From: Octopus vulgaris
Taxonomy: Eukaryota
Direction of reading: 5' to 3'
Assembly (NCBI GenBank): GCA_951406725.2
Contig: OX597838.1
Location: forward strand, 3,844,001-3,908,000
Length of the DNA stretch: 64,000 nt
The position numbers were made by a program, and so were the translations under genes. Positions within the stretch are counted from its first letter, which is position 1; each line of letters opens with the position of its first letter. Below, in pieces: positions 55,778 through 64,000 of the stretch. The notes below the pieces were generated by a model. That model had not been told where the DNA came from, did no database searches, and saw nothing but the letters and a program-made list of their open reading frames with translations.

Positions 55778-55907
55778 CGGAGATGTACTTGCATAGCGAG
55801 TGATTTGATCTGAGATCGTGTGCTGAAACGAAAACAATTGCAGCGTGGAAAGTGTTTGTAAGCCATTTAAGAAACACACAAAAGTCGTTCGATTCACTTA
55901 AGTTTAA

Positions 55908-55956
55908 TTGTCAAAATATTTTCGTCGCTTTAAGACCGCGACCTGATCACTGCTAA
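55908..55956 (-). ncRNA. Minimal hammerhead-like motif with G3-C8 swapped core
   Basis: GCA GTGATCA G GTCGC ggtcttaaa GCGAC GAAA ATAT TT^TGACAA; stem I is better preserved in the 858-911 copy (TTTTGTCA). Confidence 0.55.
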
Positions 55957-55998
55957 AAATCCGTGCTGCATCTGAGAAAGTAACACCTGCAATTGTTA

Positions 55999-56060
<62 letters not shown>

Positions 56061-56128
56061 AATGTAACCACATGTGAATTGTTGACGATTTTCTTCTTCC
56101 GCCTTCCTTTCTATTGGACTTTCCTCTA

Positions 56129-56162
56129 TTTCTGAAGAAGAGTGTCTGCTCGAAACGTTAAG
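56129..56162 (+). ncRNA. Minimal hammerhead motif, weak stem I
   Basis: TTT CTGAAGA A GAGT gtct GCTC GAAA CG TT^AAG inside a ~210-bp element flanked by (TA)n. Confidence 0.5.
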
Positions 56163-56275
56163 CCATCTTTCTTTCCTTTCCTGAACGTCTACTTATACTT
56201 TACATGTACCACGTCCTCGCGTTGCTGTTTTCTTTTGTGTTCGTTGTTCTTTTTCTGGATTTACTATACATATAC

Positions 56276-56327
<52 letters not shown>

Positions 56328-57676
56328 CAGACTGCTACAAAGTTTTTGTTTCCGCTTACCAAGTTTACTGTCAAAGCATTGGTAGGCTTGGATCCATAAC
56401 AGACGACTAGAAGATCGTAAGGAACTGAACCCGAAGAAACTGAGCCCAAGAAGAACGTAAAGGGACTGAACCCGAATCACAAAATTGATAAGTTCAACAT
56501 CACAGGTGTCGCCACTGCAGTTCCACTTTGCTAAAATTACAAATAAAATTCTAATGAGCGTTAGAAATTTGGAACTAAAACACGTTATGCTATTCTATTA
56601 TTCCAACAGTGCCAAAATTTCCAGGATTCTTTTATTCGCTTATTCCTTCATTTTATTATTCAGCCATTATTTATTGAAATAGAAAAATAAAAGAGTTTTG
56701 TCTTTTAATGCAGAAATTCAAAGGTACGCCTCGTAGAATTGTGTGATTTATGCAAAGTGACTGATTGATTAATTATCGATCAGGATGCTCGTTACAGTTC
56801 ACGCTAATTGGGATTTTTGTTTGTGTGTGTGTGTGTTTTGTTGTTGTTGTTGTTGTTGTTGATAATGATGCTTAACCCGAGGTCGGTTCTGATTTCAACA
56901 CAACAATGATACAATCATAAAGGATGTTCTACAGTGGTGGTTGCAGTGGTGGTGGTGGTGGTAGCATTGCTGTGGTGGTTGTAGTAGTTCTTTTTGTTGT
57001 TTTTTGTTACTGTTGTTTTGTTCGTGATGATGACGTCAGTGGTGATGGTGGTGGTGGTGGTGGTGACGTGTGTGTGTGCGTGCGAGTGTATGAGCGTGTG
57101 TGTGTATGTGTGTGCATGTGCGTTTGTGTGCGTGTATATGAGCTTGTGCGTGTGTGTGTGTGTGTGTGTGCATGTGCGTGCCTGTATGTGTGTGTGCGTA
57201 TCTGTGTGTGCGTGCGTGTGTAAATATATGTGTGTGTGTGTGTGTGTGTGTCTTTCTATAGTACTTCTCTCCACCGGTTGACAATCGGCGTTGGTTTGTT
57301 TGCGTCCCGGTGAAAGTAATTGACATCCATAGAATAAGTACCAGACTTCAAAAACAAAAACAAAAAACACAAAAAGACAAAACAATTAAGTTCTGCAACA
57401 GATTCATCCGACAAAGAACTCTTGAAGGCAGTGCTCCAGCATGGCCGCAGTCTAATGACTGAAACAAGATAAAAGATAAATAAATATAAAAAGACACAAA
57501 GAAACTTCAATGCTCTTGTATACACCCATGTCATTTTATACGCCATGGGCGTGTATAAGGATATGGTTAAGGAAACTCACCTTATACAATATATATATAT
57601 ACACACACACCTAAACACTCACACACATAGACATTATAAACGCACATATACGCCCATGCCATTTCATATGACCTAT

Positions 57677-57741
<65 letters not shown>

Positions 57742-57779
57742 TATATACACACACATACATACATACATACATACATACA

Positions 57780-57811
<32 letters not shown>

Positions 57812-58199
57812 GACGTAGGAGTGGCTGTGTGGTAAGTAGCTTGCTAACCAACCACATGGTTACAGGTTCAGTCCCACTGCGTGGCAACTTGGGCAAGTGT
57901 CTTCTACTATAGCCTCGGGCCGACCAAAGCCTTGTGAGTGGATTTGGTAGACGGAAACTGAAAGAAGCCCGTCGTATATATGTATATACATGTGTCTGTG
58001 TTTGTCCTCCCAACATCGCTTGACAACCGATGCTGGTGTGTTTACGTCCCCGTAACTTAGCGGTTCGGCAAAAGAGATCGATAGAATAAGTACTAGGCTT
58101 CCAAAGAATAAGTCCTGGGGTCTATTTGCTCGACTAATGGCGGTGCCCCAGCATGGCCACAGTCACAAGACTGAAACAAGTAAAAAGAGTAAAAAGAGT
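57812..58199 (+). mobile_element. SINE family A, full length; truncated head copy at 58275-58400
   Basis: Consensus match. Confidence 0.88.
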
Positions 58200-58214
58200 A
58201 TATGTGTGTGTGTT

Positions 58215-58271
<57 letters not shown>

Positions 58272-58490
58272 ATAGACGCAGGAGTGACTGTGTGGTAAGA
58301 AGCTTGCTTACCAACCACATGGTTCCGGCTTCGGTCCCACTGCGTAGCACCTTGGGTAAGTGTCCTCTACTATAGTCCCGAGACGACCAAAGCCTTGTGA
58401 GCGTCTGCTAATACTTTGCAGGTACCACGCCCTCGCGTTGTTGTTTCTTTTTCTTGCCTTGGTTCTTCGTTTTAGGGGATTTATTATACA

Positions 58491-58565
<75 letters not shown>

Positions 58566-58730
58566 CGTGACGTATATTTGCCATTTGAGTATGGCTAACC
58601 CCTAAGGGTGGATGCTACTGTAGTTTGTAGCCCCAGGAGGACACCTCCTCCAGCTGGCTATAGACACACTTTCTGTGCCCTATAAGTATTTGCAAAGGGA
58701 AGCCATCCCTCTCGTCTTCAACTTATGATA

Positions 58731-58775
58731 CACACGGACTCGAGTTTCAGGTTATTGACCCGTCATCAGCGTGTG
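58731..58775 (-). ncRNA. Minimal type I hammerhead ribozyme motif, canonical core
   Basis: CACACG CTGATGA C GGGT caata ACCT GAAA CTCGAG TC^CGTGTG; 6-bp stem I, palindromic stem III, GUC site. Confidence 0.8.
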
Positions 58776-58844
58776 AGTGACAATCATAGTTGTTGATGAG
58801 AAGTAGGTTCCCTTCACAAATACATATATATATATATATCAATG

Positions 58845-58883
<39 letters not shown>

Positions 58884-58901
58884 GTATGTACGAATGTATG
58901 T

Positions 58902-58991
<90 letters not shown>

Positions 58992-59314
58992 CGCCGCAGT
59001 TATATTTTTTCGCACCAATCTACTTGGGCGCCGTTCCTTATCTCTGATAAGACAGAGATAATCTTATTTGTTTAAGTTTGTGACACAAAGGCCGAAGCAA
59101 AGTTCAATGTCATGTGATATATAGTCAAGGAAGCGATTTTCGATAGTGGTGGTCACTATTGATTGTTCTTCTCCGTCATTGTCTATTTAATGGCCTTTGC
59201 TTTTGTTTTTTGTTGTTTGTTTAAACTTATTTCCGGGTAACAGCTTGGTTATAGTATAGATGCTTTACATACACATACACAGTTATATACTTACACACAT
59301 ACGTACGCACACAA

Positions 59315-59399
<85 letters not shown>

Positions 59400-59683
59400 T
59401 ATTTATGTGTCTTTATACGTATATATATATATGTGTGTGTGTGTGTTTGTGTGTGTATGTAATTAAGTATATGTATGTATATAAGGGATTATTATATATA
59501 TCATATATATACTATACGTATGCATGCATGTATGTATGTGTATGTGGGGGGGAATGTAAATATATATATATTTATACGTGCGCACATACATATGTGTCTG
59601 TGTGTGTGTTTGTGTGTGTATATATATACATATATGCTTATATATGTGTATACATATATATATATTTACACACAGACACACAG

Positions 59684-59723
<40 letters not shown>

Positions 59724-59979
59724 CTACCTGAAAATGTGTGTGTGTGTGTATTTGTATGTATGCATGTATGTATGTATGTATCGATATATATGTAAATGTA
59801 TACAGATGCATCTTTGTATATGCGTGTGTATGCGTGTGTGTGTGTATGTATAACTGATTGGCAAAGGATTAAACAGACCGGTCATAAAACAGAGAACTTA
59901 ATACACAAAATGTACGGTGATATAATTTATGTATGTTACAATAAATGTCCTGCATATATATATACATATATATATGTCC

Positions 59980-60046
<67 letters not shown>

Positions 60047-60544
60047 AGAAATTAAATATAAATTACAAAATGGGACAAGAACGCAAAAACACACGAAGAG
60101 ACGGCACAAAAAAACAGACGGGTCATTCGAAGCCTCTAATCTTCAGTCGGGAACCGGATCATCTTAGCAATTTCGGCTGATTAATCCTCGATATCGCTCC
60201 GATACGGCCAGCCCCAAAGAAAAACTAAGCTACGGGCATTAGATTTCTTGGAAAGAGGATCGAATGTATACGAAACAAGGACAGGATGCCACACGAATAT
60301 AAATACAAGAAACAAAAAATAGAAATAAAAAACAAGAATAGTAATAACAGGACAAAACAGTGGGTGTCTTACGACTTCAGACAATTTTTTACTTATCTTG
60401 GCTGGCGTATTTGAAAAATATATATGTCCTGCATATAAACACACACACATACACATATGCTTCTGTGCATGTATGTGTGTGTTTTGTGGCTGTCTATATC
60501 GGGCGAAATATATGTGATGAGGAAAAGCAACAAATCCTTTTATT

Positions 60545-60728
60545 CTTTTCCTTGTTTCAGTCATTTGACTGCGGCCATGCTGGAGCACCACCTTTAGTCG
60601 AGCAAATCGACCCCCAGCACTAATTCTTTGTAAGCCTAGAACTTATTCTATCGGTCGCTTATGCCGAACCGCTAGGTTGCGGGGACGTAGGCACATCAGC
60701 ATCGGTTGTCAAGCGATGTTAGGGGGGA

Positions 60729-60798
<70 letters not shown>

Positions 60799-60961
60799 CG
60801 ACGTATTTCTTTCAGTTTCCGTCTACCAAATCCACTCACAAAGCTTTGGTCGGCCCAAGGCTATAGTAGAAGACACTTGACCAAGCTACCACGCAGTGGG
60901 ACTGAACCCGGACCCATAAGGTTGGTAAGCAAGCTACTTACCACACAGCCACTCCTGCGCC
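60545..60961 (-). mobile_element. SINE family A, full length
   Basis: Reverse complement of the consensus. Confidence 0.88.
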
Positions 60962-61023
60962 CATTATACTCAAGGTCAATGTTTAAAATCTGAGACTAAG
61001 TTTTGGCTCACAACCTGACTGAA

Positions 61024-61152
61024 GATCTTGGCTCAAAATCTTGGCTCAAAATCTAGGCTCAAAATCTAGACTCAAAGCCTTGGATCAAAATCTTGGCTCA
61101 AAATCTTGGCTCAAAATCTTGGCTCAATATCTTGGTTCAAAATCTAGGCTCA
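61024..61152. repeat. 13-bp minisatellite (ATCTTGGCTCAAA), about 10 copies
   Basis: Direct reading. Confidence 0.9.
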
Positions 61153-61505
61153 ACGTGTTATCTGAATAATCGAACTGAATATAGAAGAATCATTTTCGAG
61201 TTCAAAACGTAAACTTATTTCTAAAAATGGTGCCTCATTCCTTCGTATTTTCTTGTCGATTTCACCAATTCCGATTCTTCAATGTTCCTATCGTAGATTG
61301 GTATTTCCATTCTAAAGAATGTCATCGCCTTCCCTACAATATTTCACAATTAGGTTTGGTATTCTTGCGCCAATAACGTAACGTTGTAATATTCCTGCAA
61401 ATTAAATAAGAAAAAAAAATGTCGATTCCTTGTAATGGTTCATTCTACACACGTTTATTCTGAGAAAAATATAAAGAATAAAAAACAATAAAAGTTTTTC
61501 TTTCT

Positions 61506-61558
<53 letters not shown>

Positions 61559-62733
61559 TTCTCTTTTTCTTGAGCAGAATGGAAAAGTGGCAAATAACGA
61601 TAACATTAATTATATAAATGATACATGCATATGTATGTGTGTGAATATATATCTATGTGTGTGTGTGGGTGTGTATTCACACACGTTTATATGAATATAC
61701 GTACCCACACACACACACTCACACAGACGTACACACATTACATGAATACTTCATGTTTAGATATATAGATACATGCATACATACATACATACATACATAC
61801 ATACATACATACATACATACGTACGTACATACATACCTACATACATACATACATACATACATACATACATTACATACATACATACATACATTCATACATA
61901 CACACATACATACATTCATACATACATACATACATACATACATACATACATACATACATTACATACATACATACATACATACATACTCACCCATGCATAC
62001 ATACGCACATATACATACCTACGTATGTTCATATATGCCTACATTCTTGCATACATACATATATATATGCCTACATATATACATACATACATACGCACAC
62101 ATGCATATACATACATGTCTTCATACATACATACACACACACATTCATATACACACACATGCATATACATACATACATAGATAATACATACATACATACA
62201 TACATAGATAATACATACACACACACATACATACATACATACATACATACATACATAGATAATACATACATACATACATACATACATACATACATACATA
62301 CATACATACATACATACATACACACATACATACATACATACATACATACATACATACATACATACATACATACATACATACACACACACATACACACACA
62401 CATATGACCATCGAAGACGATGCCTGCTGGAAACGAGAGTTAATATAAAGATGGAAGAAAAAACTACGAAAAGCAACAAAAAGAACGAAGCAATTACGTG
62501 GCGGCGGAGGAGGGGGAAGGAAGGGGAGAACGGGTGGGAAGAGGATGAGGCAGAGGGGAGAAGAGGGAGGGGTGAATGCGCGTATGTGTGTGTGTGTGTA
62601 TGTGTGTGAGAGAGCGAACGGTTGAATGGTTTAACGAGTGGAAGGATGATTGAGTGATTGCTATGAGTGTGAGTGAAAGGTGTGAGACTGGATGATGGGA
62701 TGGTAGGAGAAGAAAAAAGAGGCAAACAGACGA

Positions 62734-62773
<40 letters not shown>

Positions 62774-62774
62774 A

Positions 62775-62822
<48 letters not shown>

Positions 62823-62845
62823 ACAATAAGAGCAAGCAAGCAAGC

Positions 62846-62877
<32 letters not shown>

Positions 62878-63482
62878 AAATGAAAGAATCAAGGAAGAAA
62901 TGAAGGAAGGAAGGAAAGAAGGAAGAAGGAAATGAAGGAAGGAAGGAAGGAAGGAAGGTTAGAAGAGATAATTTGATAAAGAAACAAAGTGTGTAGTCAG
63001 ACACCTCGGCTTAGCGAAGCGTTGGACGTGATCGTCTGCCTTTATTGAATCTTCGCTGTGGAAAGAGAAAGAGAGAGAGAGTAAGAGAGTAAGAGTAAGC
63101 GGACATTTTGTCTTCCACGCCATTGACACACACATACAATTATATAACACACGTAAATACACATGTAAATACACGTATATGCACACATAAGTAATCACAC
63201 ACATACACCTACATACACACATAACTACTGACATACATCTACTTGTACATACGCACGTACATAAACGTAATGTGTGTTTAACAATATCTAAATTTATTAG
63301 TATGCTTCACTAATATGAGTGTGTGTGTGAGTGCGTGTATGCGCATATGTGTATACACACACTCACACATATATACATAAATATAGATACATAGATATAC
63401 GCATATTTAAGCAAATATTTGTACATATGTTTATATAATATATATGTATGCATATATAAATACATACATATATAATTACATG

Positions 63483-63535
<53 letters not shown>

Positions 63536-63599
63536 GCATATGTCTGTGTATACGTTAGAGTGTGAAGCATGAGGTATTATCTGAAGTATATAAATGTTT

Positions 63600-63832
63600 T
63601 TATTTTAAATTTAAAGCAAAAACAATGAAAGTTATAAGAAATAGTTTGTACTTTTACCTTGTATTTCAACATTTCGCGATAGGACCCCTTCTTCATAACA
63701 CAGTTTAACCAAAGATTTCCCGAAGAAGAGGTCCTAACCCCAAAATATTTAAATACAAGATAAAAATACAATCCAACGATTTGTATCATTTATTATATAT
63801 TGTGTATTGTTTTGGCTTTGTAAAAAAAATTA
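63600..63832. mobile_element. Old inverted pLTR-like pair with two decayed hammerhead motifs
   Basis: GAAGAAG(G/A)GGTCCTA...AAAT(G/A)TT.AAATACAAG on both strands around ~63705. Confidence 0.5.
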
Positions 63833-64000
63833 ACATCTATACATACATACACAAACATACACATACATACATACATACATGCATACATACACATACATAC
63901 ATACATACATACATGCATACATACGTACATACGTACGTACATACATACATACATACATACATACATACATACATACATACATACATACATACATACGTAC

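Noticed and set aside
61024-61152. Short regular repeats as a possible CRISPR array
   Set aside because: No spacers and a eukaryotic context; it is a minisatellite.

Overview
Repeat-dense, mostly non-coding eukaryotic DNA; the SINE families and (TA)n/(CA)n/(TAGA)n/(TACA)n/(GAT)n microsatellites suggest an octopus (inferred from the repeats). Almost every ORF in the supplied track is a microsatellite artefact. The clear genes are four U5 spliceosomal snRNA copies on the minus strand (38.4-45.2 kb) plus a U5 3' stump, in a rearranged tandem cluster with candidate proximal, distal and 3'-box elements. Mobile DNA includes many tRNA-derived SINEs (CORE-like and Nin-like), a Tx1/L1-like LINE 3' fragment, a mariner transposase fragment and a Dong/R4-like 3' end in (TAA)n. 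The main hidden signal is more than a dozen type I hammerhead-ribozyme motifs, intact or decayed, from several unrelated Penelope-like/retrozyme-like repeats. They mostly sit in (TA)n tracts, often as fold-backs, and their catalytic cores covary at the 3-8 pair (C-G, G-C, U-A). All folds were read by eye and none is shown to cleave. A few isolated candidate exons cannot be assigned to a gene.
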